A stretch of 64,000 nt of DNA from a virus, in the IMG/VR virus record IMGVR_UViG_3300024344_003321, positions 1 to 64,000 of that record; one strand, written 5' to 3'. How positions within the stretch are numbered: the stretch's first letter is position 1; every line of letters starts with the position of its first letter. The translations under genes and the position numbers were made by a program. Under the pieces are notes generated by a model. That model did no database searches. It saw only the letters and a list, made by a program, of their open reading frames with translations, and was not told where the DNA came from. Positions 19,870-29,120 of the stretch are shown in pieces.

Positions 19870-21111
19870 ATGTACATTGTAATTCCAATACATTCGGATG
19901 GGTTTATACATCCATTACACAAGGAAAATAGATTATCTCTGCTTTATGTCAAAGAGCTAGGTCAACCCGGTCGTGTGCTTACATTCAATCACATGGATTT
20001 ACTTGCATCAGATTCGTATGAATTTCTAAAAAATGAAACTATATTAACACCGTCTAAAAAACATTTATTATCAGTATATCCATTTAAAAATGTATATGAT
20101 ATGAATATGTTGAATTGGTGGATTTACAACAAACCAATGAATTTAGATATAAAAGTAAATACAATAGATATATTAAATAATAGATTTTATAATCTTAAAA
20201 ATATAAATACAGTAATTCCTATATATAAACATCTTGAATATTGTAATAAAGTTGCAGAATATATAGAGCAATTATGGGAAAATAAAGATAAAATTGATTT
20301 TAATAACTATTTATTATATAATAGAGATGCAATATTAGCTTATTATTCAATCGAAAGACGAGGTATCAGGGTTTCAGATGATGTATGTGATGTATTCGAT
20401 AATAGAGTAAAAAAACATATTTCAGATAACAAGTTATATTCAGATTATTTTTTAAATACAACTACAGGTAGGCCAAGTAATTCATTCGGTTCAATCAATT
20501 TTGCAGCACTTGAACCAGCAAAAAGAAAAGTATTTATACCTGAAAATGATATTTTTATTGAATATGATTATGATGCATATCATTTGAGAATAATAGCAGA
20601 TTTAGTTGGATATAAGTTTCCAGATGGTTCAGTCCATGAATATTTAGCAAGTTGGTATGGTGTTGAATATGATGAATCTAAAAGTATAACATTTAAAATA
20701 TTATATGGTGGTATAAGTGACGAGATGGCGAATAAAGTTCCGTTCTTTAAAAAAGTAAGAGAATTTATATCGTTACAATGGAAGTTATTTAATTCACAAA
20801 AATATGTTGAAACTTATATTTATAATAGAAGAATTGTATCAAAAAATTTAGAGGGAATGAATGCTAATAAGGTGTTCAATTATTTAATACAATCGCATGA
20901 AACTGAATTAAACATAAAAACAATAATTGAGTTACAGCGATATTTATTGGATAAACAGACTAATTTAGTGTTATATGGATATGACAGTTTTTTGTTTGAT
21001 TTTTCTAAAAATGATAGTGAGCACATTCTTTATAATTTAAAGAAAATATTAGAACGGAATGGTCACCCAATAAAATTAAAGCAAGGTTATAATTATCAGG
21101 AGATGAAATGA
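19870..21111 (+). CDS. Compact divergent family A DNA polymerase-like protein
   Basis: TTTGRPSN, motif A EYDYDAYHLR, motif B KSITFKILYGG, NYLIQS, motif C YGYDSFLFD; only 413 aa. Confidence 0.7.
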   Translation: MYIVIPIHSDGFIHPLHKENRLSLLYVKELGQPGRVLTFNHMDLLASDSYEFLKNETILTPSKKHLLSVYPFKNVYDMNMLNWWIYNKPMNLDIKVNTIDILNNRFYNLKNINTVIPIYKHLEYCNKVAEYIEQLWENKDKIDFNNYLLYNRDAILAYYSIERRGIRVSDDVCDVFDNRVKKHISDNKLYSDYFLNTTTGRPSNSFGSINFAALEPAKRKVFIPENDIFIEYDYDAYHLRIIADLVGYKFPDGSVHEYLASWYGVEYDESKSITFKILYGGISDEMANKVPFFKKVREFISLQWKLFNSQKYVETYIYNRRIVSKNLEGMNANKVFNYLIQSHETELNIKTIIELQRYLLDKQTNLVLYGYDSFLFDFSKNDSEHILYNLKKILERNGHPIKLKQGYNYQEMK

Positions 21112-23159
21112 AAAAGAATGCAATTGAATATTTATTAGAGCGATTATCAGTTAAATTTGGTATTATAGATTTTAATCAACCAATACAGATTGCATATTTA
21201 TATGAAGTGTTGACTCATATGGATATTCCAATACAGTTAGCTCAGGAATCTATATCGCGATTAACTGAAGGTGATAGATTTTATGCTAAAAATCCTAAAG
21301 GTAAAAAAATAAGTGCATTTGATACTGAAGCTGCAAGAGATGCAGCTATAAATTCAAAGGGATATATAAAAGTATCTGATGCAGAAGCAGAACGAGAACT
21401 AAATAAACAAACTAAAGATACAGTAAAAAACCAGCGTGATAAGGAAAATGATACTGAGCCAAAAGATGATAAATCATCAAAACCTCAACCTGATACTTCC
21501 CCTCCTATAACTGATATACCTACACATCAATTTACTGGTGCAGAGCAAGATATGCAAGATGATGGTATAGGGAAATCATCAGATGAACAGAGAAAAATAG
21601 ACCATGAAACTACTGATTCGCAGTTAAAATTGACTGTATCTGATGCAAAGGCTCAAGCAAAAAAGAAGGGTAAAAAAGGAGTTGGTGCGGGCACACCAGA
21701 ATCGAGGGCTGGAGAGGCAGCAACTCATTATGCATTAAGACAATTAAAAAATGGTAATTCACTTGCAGATATAAAACAACAATTGATGGCTATATCGAAG
21801 GGAAAAACTAACTCAGATACAGGAAAAGTAGATAAAACAGTTTTAACGCGAGAATGGGTCAATGGGGCATTAAACTGTTCGGAATATATTGTTAATAAAT
21901 TTGGGATTGATAGTATTGAAGAAATAGTATGGGATACACCAAATGGTAGAGCACTGATAGATGTTGAAGGCCACGATACATCTTCGGATATGTTTGTTAA
22001 ATTAAAGACTGGTGAGCGCGTGGGTATATCATTGAAAAAAGATGGTAAAGTATTTATTTTGAACGGTGGATATGCAAAACAATTTAATGATTTATTGGAT
22101 GGTTTAAATTTAGATGCTAGTAGTAGAGCACAAATAGAAGATGAATTAGGTTATGATACATTTAAGAGTGACAGAGAAGTTGCATTTTCAGAAGGAATTA
22201 GTCATTTAATAAACATATTACCAACTATTCGGGAGGAGTTAGAAAAATATAAAACAGATTCTAAATTAGCAACAAATCATTTTGGACCTAATTATAACAA
22301 ATATTTGGATATTTTAAATCAAGGTGATGAAGTTTATTATCAGATGATGCAGAAAGCCAAAGAGCAGACTTTAAGTGGTGAAGAAATGAAAGCATTATCA
22401 AAGTTAGCTAAATCGAATACGGCCGTCAAAGAAAGTGTTCCAGAAGTGTATAGTGAAATGCGAAATAGTGAGATACGATTGACCCAAAAAATATTGCGTA
22501 AAGCAAACAGTGATGAGCAATTCAGAGGGGGGTTGAAAGAAATAGCATTACATGGTATTCATGTGGAAGAGATTTTAGGTATTCATGATAATCCTAAATT
22601 AGATAAATTTATAACTGTATATGGTGAATCTGGTGGTGCAGAATTATCACCAGACACACTTGTAAAGTTATTTAATCTTGATGGTTTATATAGTGAACTT
22701 ACTGATTTAGGTGGTAATGAAAAAGAGCATAAAATTGATGAAATTAGAAAACACATTAGAAGTATGGTAGAGTTTGATTTTAAAGATGGTGCTAGAGATG
22801 GTGTGGTGAAAATCAAACATGAGGGCCCACCAGAACAAGATTTTCCATTATTTACTATCAAATGTCGAACTAAGCCAATCGGAGATGCACCAACATTAGA
22901 AATGTCACAAACCACATATATGGTAAATGCTTTGAAATACGGACTTAAAATAGACGGTTGGCCAGAGAAGCAACAAAAAACATTCTATACAGGTCAATTG
23001 AAGGATTTATACGAGCAGCGCGATGATAGTGCAACGGATGAGAGGAAAGCAGTTGATGCACAAATATCAGAATTAGAAACTAAAAGTGGTTATGTTAGAA
23101 AATTTAATCCAAAAACTCGTAAATATATTTTTACTAAGGCACCGGCAGAAGCAGTATAA
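21108..23159 (+). CDS. Large hypothetical protein with possible PD-(D/E)XK nuclease-like domain
   Basis: SRAGEAA...SDMFVKL...GISLKK motif arrangement; low-complexity N-terminal linker. Confidence 0.45.
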   Translation: MKKNAIEYLLERLSVKFGIIDFNQPIQIAYLYEVLTHMDIPIQLAQESISRLTEGDRFYAKNPKGKKISAFDTEAARDAAINSKGYIKVSDAEAERELNKQTKDTVKNQRDKENDTEPKDDKSSKPQPDTSPPITDIPTHQFTGAEQDMQDDGIGKSSDEQRKIDHETTDSQLKLTVSDAKAQAKKKGKKGVGAGTPESRAGEAATHYALRQLKNGNSLADIKQQLMAISKGKTNSDTGKVDKTVLTREWVNGALNCSEYIVNKFGIDSIEEIVWDTPNGRALIDVEGHDTSSDMFVKLKTGERVGISLKKDGKVFILNGGYAKQFNDLLDGLNLDASSRAQIEDELGYDTFKSDREVAFSEGISHLINILPTIREELEKYKTDSKLATNHFGPNYNKYLDILNQGDEVYYQMMQKAKEQTLSGEEMKALSKLAKSNTAVKESVPEVYSEMRNSEIRLTQKILRKANSDEQFRGGLKEIALHGIHVEEILGIHDNPKLDKFITVYGESGGAELSPDTLVKLFNLDGLYSELTDLGGNEKEHKIDEIRKHIRSMVEFDFKDGARDGVVKIKHEGPPEQDFPLFTIKCRTKPIGDAPTLEMSQTTYMVNALKYGLKIDGWPEKQQKTFYTGQLKDLYEQRDDSATDERKAVDAQISELETKSGYVRKFNPKTRKYIFTKAPAEAV

Positions 23160-23554
23160 TGAAAACCCAACTATTAGCAACATTCACCACGAAAGTTTAT
23201 TTAGATGGTATTGTAGATAAAATCAAAGATATTTACCCTATCATATTTGATAAAATTTATGTGTTACAAAATGAAGATTCGCATAAAGAATTAATTTGCA
23301 CTTATAATGTGGATGTAACTCAATCAGTAGATTATAATGCAATAGAAAATACAATATCATTACATCGAAAAAAACACACTAATACATTGTACACAATCAA
23401 TGCATTAAATGAGGTTGTGATGAATATGAACAATGGAGTTAAAGACCCAAACACAATAGTGCCATGGGAAAATTACAAAAATTCTATTTTAGTCACTAAT
23501 TCAGATGGCTTAAATAAAATCAACACAAGGATATTTAAAATAATAAAACTTTAA
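23159..23554 (+). CDS. Conserved-looking hypothetical phage protein
   Basis: 131 aa; TQLLATF, TYNV, SLHRKKHTNTLYTINALN. Confidence 0.6.
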   Translation: MKTQLLATFTTKVYLDGIVDKIKDIYPIIFDKIYVLQNEDSHKELICTYNVDVTQSVDYNAIENTISLHRKKHTNTLYTINALNEVVMNMNNGVKDPNTIVPWENYKNSILVTNSDGLNKINTRIFKIIKL

Positions 23555-23620
23555 TGTTTTGGGATTTTAATATATACTTATATATAGTTATTAACAATAC
23601 AACAATAGGAGAAATAGGTT

Positions 23621-24184
23621 ATGAGTGAATCTACCTTATATTATTTTTATTCAGTAGGATGTGGTTGGTGTAAAAAGACAGAACCACTTATTGATGAATT
23701 AAACAAATCAGGTTATGATATTCTAAAATTAGATTTATCCGAAAAAGATAATCAGGAATTGAATACAGAATTAAAAGAAAAATACAAAGTTCAATGCGGT
23801 ACACCGTGGTTAATTGATGCAGAAACAGGCAATCAAATTTGTGGATTTCGTGAAAAAGATATAATTGAAAAATGGGCTAAAGGTGAGGAAATTCCAGAAC
23901 CACCTAAACCAAAAGGCCCACCTCCTCCACCACCACAAGATTTCAAAGATAAAAAAGGAGTGAGTGAGTGGAAAACAGGGTATGAAAAATGGGTGAAGGA
24001 AAATAAACATATGCCAAACCTTCCGCCAGCTGACCAGATGTTAGAACGGCTCGAAAAGCAAGCTGAGTTTATGAAAAATAGACAGAATCAGGTAGCACCT
24101 GGTAATTCACCACAATTAGATGTTAGAGTCAGTGCAATAGAAAAAAAGATAGATAGGTTAATGAAACATTTAGGTGTAAAATGA
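23621..24184 (+). CDS. Thioredoxin/glutaredoxin-fold protein with Pro-rich C-terminal extension
   Basis: YFYSVGCGWCKK (CxxC) and cis-Pro motif GTP; PEPPKPKGPPPPPP linker. Confidence 0.75.
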   Translation: MSESTLYYFYSVGCGWCKKTEPLIDELNKSGYDILKLDLSEKDNQELNTELKEKYKVQCGTPWLIDAETGNQICGFREKDIIEKWAKGEEIPEPPKPKGPPPPPPQDFKDKKGVSEWKTGYEKWVKENKHMPNLPPADQMLERLEKQAEFMKNRQNQVAPGNSPQLDVRVSAIEKKIDRLMKHLGVK

Positions 24185-24585
24185 AATTTAAACCAAAGCC
24201 AACTGTTGACAGGCAGGCCAGTAAGGTAGAATTGGAGTGTATTGATAAAACTGAAAAGATGTTAGAGGGAGAACATAAGCTCCCTCCAGCATCCCAGATG
24301 ATACGAAACATTGCAGTTGACCACTGGAAAGGTTTGAAAGCTTTTATCCGTGGAAAACAAGTAATTACAACACAAGAAGAAGCACAACGAAGATGGGATA
24401 TATGTACAAAATGTCCACATCTTAAATATGATGAAACAAATCCAGATACTAATAAAAAAGATGGTAGATGTACTCATTGTGGGTGTTTTATGAATGTGAA
24501 AGTTCATTACGCTACAGCAGAATGTCCTATTAAAAAATGGACAAAAGATTGCAACCACGAAAATAAATGTGGGTGTGAAAATTAA
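24181..24585 (+). CDS. Cys-rich metal-binding protein
   Basis: RRWDICTKCP...RCTHCGCFM..KV....AECPIKKW. Confidence 0.6.
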   Translation: MKFKPKPTVDRQASKVELECIDKTEKMLEGEHKLPPASQMIRNIAVDHWKGLKAFIRGKQVITTQEEAQRRWDICTKCPHLKYDETNPDTNKKDGRCTHCGCFMNVKVHYATAECPIKKWTKDCNHENKCGCEN

Positions 24586-24596
24586 TTAAAAAAAAA

Positions 24597-24630
24597 CTTG
24601 TTTTATATATCAAAAAAGATATATATTATA
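24597..24630 (+). promoter_or_regulatory. Putative early promoter
   Basis: cTTGTTT(24598)-N18-TATATT(24622)ata. Confidence 0.65.
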
Positions 24631-24652
24631 GTAATAGGTTATGTGTAAAAAC

Positions 24653-24680
24653 ATAAATAATAAACAATAAACAATAAACA
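24653..24680 (+). repeat. 4 x 7-nt tandem repeat (ATAAAYA) in the SSB mRNA leader
   Basis: ATAAATA-ATAAACA-ATAAACA-ATAAACA directly before the TAAGGAG SD. Confidence 0.75.
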
Positions 24681-24696
24681 TAAGGAGATATTTAAC

Positions 24697-25440
24697 ATGG
24701 ATATCAACGCAATAAAAAACCGATTAAATCAGTTACAAACAACAACTTCAACAAAAAACTCATTTTGGAAACCAGAACCAGGTAAAACACAAATTAGAAT
24801 TGTACCTTACAAATTCAATAAGGACAATCCTTTTAGTGAGTTATTTTTTCATTATCAATTTGAAAATAAAACATTCATTTCACCAGTATCATATGGTCGT
24901 CCAGACCCAATCAATGAATTTTCATCTAAATTGAAATCAACGGGTGTAAAAGATGATTGGATTCAAGGTAAACGATTAGAACCTAAAATGAGAACTTATG
25001 TTCCAGTAGTAGTTAGAGGGCAAGAAGCTGATGGTGTGAAGTTTTGGGGATTTGGTAAAACAGTTTATCAAGAACTATTATCAATTATAGCAGACCCAGA
25101 TTATGGTGATATTACAGACCCAATTAATGGACGAGATATTACTGTTGAAAAAATGACACCGGCAGAAGCAGGCAATCAATATGGTAAAACTACAATTCGA
25201 GTTAAACCAAATCAAGTACCTTTAACAGATGATAAGGACCAACTGAAAAGATTATTTGACTCTCAGGTAGATTTAAATGAATTATACACTGAACCGTCTT
25301 ATGATGATTTAAAGGAAGTCCTTGATAGATATATGAATCCTGAAGCAGAAGAAACAGAAGAAGAAACACTCGCCGCAGAACCTGTAGCACCAGTTACTTC
25401 AAATGTGGGTGATGCTTTCGATAGTTTATTTGACAACTAA
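24697..25440 (+). CDS. Single-stranded DNA-binding protein (gp32-like)
   Basis: FWKP..GKTQIRIVP, VKFWGFGKTVYQEL, DITDPINGRD; acidic tail ending AFDSLFDN. Confidence 0.8.
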   Translation: MDINAIKNRLNQLQTTTSTKNSFWKPEPGKTQIRIVPYKFNKDNPFSELFFHYQFENKTFISPVSYGRPDPINEFSSKLKSTGVKDDWIQGKRLEPKMRTYVPVVVRGQEADGVKFWGFGKTVYQELLSIIADPDYGDITDPINGRDITVEKMTPAEAGNQYGKTTIRVKPNQVPLTDDKDQLKRLFDSQVDLNELYTEPSYDDLKEVLDRYMNPEAEETEEETLAAEPVAPVTSNVGDAFDSLFDN

Positions 25441-25454
25441 ATAGGAGAATAACA

Positions 25455-26573
25455 ATGACGAATAAAGATGAATTAGCATCAGTCATTGCCTCCGAACTCA
25501 ACAAAACATTCAAACATCAACAAGTTGCCTATTTTTTAGGTGATGAAGATACACCAACAGATATAAGGGGATTCGTTTCAACCGGGTCCTCTATGTTGGA
25601 TTTGGCAATCGCAAATAAACCAGATGGTGGAATGGCTATTGGTAGAATAACTGAATTGAATGGGTTAGAAGGTAGTGGTAAATCATTAATTGGAGCACAT
25701 GCACTCGCAGATTGTCAGAAAAAGGGTGGTCTTGCAGTGTATATAGATACAGAATCCGCAGTATCTGAGGAATTTTTACAGGCGATAGGTATAGATACGG
25801 CAAATATGTTATATGTACATCTTGAAACTGTGGAAGAAGTCTTTGATACGATTTCAACTATTGTAACAAAAATTCGTGAATCGAATAAAGATAAATTGGT
25901 TACAATATTAGTAGATAGTTTAGCCGCAGCATCTACAAAAGTAGAAATGGATGCTGATTTTGATAAAGATGGGTGGGCCACTGCAAAAGCAATTATTATA
26001 AGTAAGGCAATGAGAAAAATTACTCAAATGATTGCAAGACAAAAGATTTGTCTAATATTCACAAATCAACTTAGACAGAAACTTGGTGTTATGTTCGGTG
26101 ACCCATGGACTACTTCTGGAGGCAAGGCATTACCATTCCACGCATCAACTCGTGTTCGGTTAAAGAACGCGGGTCAAATCAAAGATACCAAAAAGAATAC
26201 AATTGGTATTAAAATCAAAGCACAAGTGATTAAGAATCGATTAGGGCCTCCAATGAGGACTGCTGAATTTCAATTATACTTTGATAAAGGTATTGATGAT
26301 TTTGGTAGTTGGTTGACCGTGATGAAAGACCATAAATTACTTAAACAAGGTGGTGCATGGTACACGATTCCGCATGTAGATTTGGAAACGGGTGAACTTA
26401 TAAAAGAGTATAAATTTTTATCTAAAGATTTTGAAGAGCTTATGCTAAATAATTCAGAATTAAGAGATTTTTGTTATACTCAAATATGTGAAGCTTGTAT
26501 CTTAAAATACGATTCTAAACAACTTGGTATTGATGATGTAAATGAAGTTGATGAGGTAGTGGATGAACTCTAA
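25455..26573 (+). CDS. recA: RecA/UvsX recombinase
   Basis: STGS..LD, Walker A GLEGSGKS, YIDTE, VDSLAA, IFTNQLR, TTSGGKALPFHASTRVRL. Confidence 0.92.
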   Translation: MTNKDELASVIASELNKTFKHQQVAYFLGDEDTPTDIRGFVSTGSSMLDLAIANKPDGGMAIGRITELNGLEGSGKSLIGAHALADCQKKGGLAVYIDTESAVSEEFLQAIGIDTANMLYVHLETVEEVFDTISTIVTKIRESNKDKLVTILVDSLAAASTKVEMDADFDKDGWATAKAIIISKAMRKITQMIARQKICLIFTNQLRQKLGVMFGDPWTTSGGKALPFHASTRVRLKNAGQIKDTKKNTIGIKIKAQVIKNRLGPPMRTAEFQLYFDKGIDDFGSWLTVMKDHKLLKQGGAWYTIPHVDLETGELIKEYKFLSKDFEELMLNNSELRDFCYTQICEACILKYDSKQLGIDDVNEVDEVVDEL

Positions 26574-27624
26574 AATCGATAAAGAACAATATTTATCATT
26601 TTTAGACCAAATACAGGATAATCCAGAGAAAACAATAAACTTGAATGATAAGGTGTTGATAATTGATGGGCTCAACACCTTTATTCGAGCTCATGCAGTT
26701 AACCCATCATTAAATGATGATGGTATGCATGTTGGTGCATTAATAGGATTTTTGAAGTCATTGAGATATACGATTGAAAAATTACAACCTACACGATGTA
26801 TAATTGTATTTGACGGTAAGGGTGGCTCTAAAAGGCGAAGAAAAATATTCCCTGATTATAAAGCAAATCGAAAAGTAAAGTCACGGTTGAATAGACATGT
26901 AGATTGGTCAACTAGCCCAGCCAATGAGCAAGAATCAATGAAAATGCAAATGAGTAGGTTAATAGAATATTTAGAACAATTACCATTAACTTTAATTTCA
27001 ATAGATGATATTGAAGCTGATGATACTATTGCATATATAACTAAACAATTATTAACGGATAGTCAAATATTGATAATGTCAACTGATAAGGATTTTCTAC
27101 AATTAGCAGACGAGCGAATTAAAGTGTGGAGTCCGACAAAAAAGAAATTGTATAATCAGAGTACTATTATAGATGAATATGGAATCCACCCATCTAAATT
27201 TTTATTATACAGAGTTTTGGATGGTGATAAATCTGATAATATAGGTGGTATAAGGGGTGCTGGTATAAAATCAATAATTAAATACATTGACCCTTTAACT
27301 AAAGGTGATAAATTTAATTTGGATGATTTGATTGAATATTGTGAAAAATCAGATAAAAAAATAAAACTCTTGGATAGTATTACAAATAATCGTAAATTAC
27401 TATATAGAAATTTCTTACTAATGCAGTTAGATGAGGTAGATATACCGAATCATTGTAAATTAAAAATACAAGGTGCAGTAAATCTGAAAATACCTCAACT
27501 GATTAAATATAAAATACAAACTCTTTTTTTACAGGACAAATTGAATAATCAAATAAAAAACTTCGATTCATGGTTATTGGAATTCGTTAGACTGGATAGG
27601 TATAGAGGGTTACATGGTAAATAA
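26563..27624 (+). CDS. 5'-3' exonuclease / flap endonuclease (T4 RNase H-like)
   Basis: LIIDGLN, VFDG, YKANR, EADDTIAY, STDKDFLQ, GDKSDNIGG. Confidence 0.9.
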   Translation: MNSKIDKEQYLSFLDQIQDNPEKTINLNDKVLIIDGLNTFIRAHAVNPSLNDDGMHVGALIGFLKSLRYTIEKLQPTRCIIVFDGKGGSKRRRKIFPDYKANRKVKSRLNRHVDWSTSPANEQESMKMQMSRLIEYLEQLPLTLISIDDIEADDTIAYITKQLLTDSQILIMSTDKDFLQLADERIKVWSPTKKKLYNQSTIIDEYGIHPSKFLLYRVLDGDKSDNIGGIRGAGIKSIIKYIDPLTKGDKFNLDDLIEYCEKSDKKIKLLDSITNNRKLLYRNFLLMQLDEVDIPNHCKLKIQGAVNLKIPQLIKYKIQTLFLQDKLNNQIKNFDSWLLEFVRLDRYRGLHGK

Positions 27625-28969
27625 AATAACTGATTTTGGGTATAATTTTCAGATAAAAACAATTGTGTGTTTGATGAAGGATGTAAAATTCATTGAACAG
27701 ATACATGATATTTTAGATGAAAAGCATTTTGATAATGAAGCAATAAAATGGATAATAAAAAATTGTAGAAGTTATTACGATGAGTATAAAAAAAATATAA
27801 CTTTAGATGTTTTTAAGATAAAAACAAACGAAGTACAGAATGAAATACTTAAAACTACTATTGTTGATACTTTACGGGAAGTTTATAAACATTTAGACGC
27901 AAATGATTTAGAATTTGTACAGGATAAGGCATTAGATTTCTTTAAAAATCAGGCATTAAAAAATGCAATAATGGGCTCAGTTGAAATATTAGAACAAAAA
28001 GGTGATTTTGAACAAATCAAAGTATTGATTGATGATGCTATGAAGGCGGGGACTGAAAGAAATTTAGGGCATGACTATATAGAAGATTTTGACATTAGAT
28101 ATTCAGAAATGGCACGCGAAACGATACCTACCGATTGGGATGTAATCAATGAATTAATGCAAGGTGGTTTAGGTAAGGGTGAATTGGGTGTTATTGTAGC
28201 ACCCGCAGGTATTGGTAAATCGTGGGTATTAGCTACAATAGGTGCAGATGCAGTAAAAAATGGATATAATGTAGTTCATTATACACTTGAATTAAATGAG
28301 GCGTATGTTGGATTACGATATGACAGTATATTTTCTGGTATAGCAAATCAAAATCTTAAATACCATAAAGATGATATTGAACAGCGAATTGAAAAACTTG
28401 ATGGTAGTTTAACAATTAAATATTTCCCAACAAAAACGGCATCTGTCCATACGATTCAAGCTCACTTACAGAAAATGAAAACATTGGGACATGAAGTTGA
28501 TTTGGTTATAATGGATTATGCCGATATAATGAAGGATACGAGTAACGCTCGGGAAGTAAGACATGCACTTGGAAATATCTATGAAGAATTAAGAGGAACT
28601 GCAGGTGAAATAGAAGTACCAATTTGGACTGCTTCACAGGCCAATAGGTCGGCTCTTGATGAAGATGTAATTGAGGCTCAAAAAGTATCTGAAAGTTATC
28701 AAAAGATTATGACTGCTGATTTTGTTATGTCGTTGTCGAGAAAAGTAGAAGATAAAATCGGAAACACAGGTAGGTTTCATGTTATGAAAAATAGATTTGG
28801 TCCAGATGGTATAACATACCCTGCATCAGTTAATACAAATAATGGTAAAATTGATATTTTTGATGCGACAACCGTTGGTGGAAAAGAAACACAAGGTAAA
28901 ATTAATAATAGAGATAATATAGCTAAGAAAATGTTATCTACAAAATTCAAAGATTTAATGGGGGATTAA
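27614..28969 (+). CDS. Replicative DnaB-like helicase (gp41-like)
   Basis: Walker A APAGIGKS, TLEL, IMDYAD, WTASQANR, KNRFGPDG. Confidence 0.92.
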   Translation: MVNKITDFGYNFQIKTIVCLMKDVKFIEQIHDILDEKHFDNEAIKWIIKNCRSYYDEYKKNITLDVFKIKTNEVQNEILKTTIVDTLREVYKHLDANDLEFVQDKALDFFKNQALKNAIMGSVEILEQKGDFEQIKVLIDDAMKAGTERNLGHDYIEDFDIRYSEMARETIPTDWDVINELMQGGLGKGELGVIVAPAGIGKSWVLATIGADAVKNGYNVVHYTLELNEAYVGLRYDSIFSGIANQNLKYHKDDIEQRIEKLDGSLTIKYFPTKTASVHTIQAHLQKMKTLGHEVDLVIMDYADIMKDTSNAREVRHALGNIYEELRGTAGEIEVPIWTASQANRSALDEDVIEAQKVSESYQKIMTADFVMSLSRKVEDKIGNTGRFHVMKNRFGPDGITYPASVNTNNGKIDIFDATTVGGKETQGKINNRDNIAKKMLSTKFKDLMGD

Positions 28970-28971
28970 TA

Positions 28972-29076
28972 ATGTCAACTAAAATTATCAGTTATATAGA
29001 AATACCAGAAGATTATTGGGTCACATCAGTACCTGAAAATATTGAAATAGAATACATAATTATTGAAGAAGAATAA
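28972..29076 (+). CDS. Small acidic ORF (34 aa), not in the ORF track
   Basis: MSTKIISYIEIPEDYWVTSVPENIEIEYIIIEEE*; GGGGA SD-like sequence upstream; fills the helicase-nrdJ gap. Confidence 0.4.
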   Translation: MSTKIISYIEIPEDYWVTSVPENIEIEYIIIEEE

Positions 29077-29120
29077 TATTTATAAGTGACCTAAATCAAG
29101 GTTTTAATCAAGGAGTTTTA

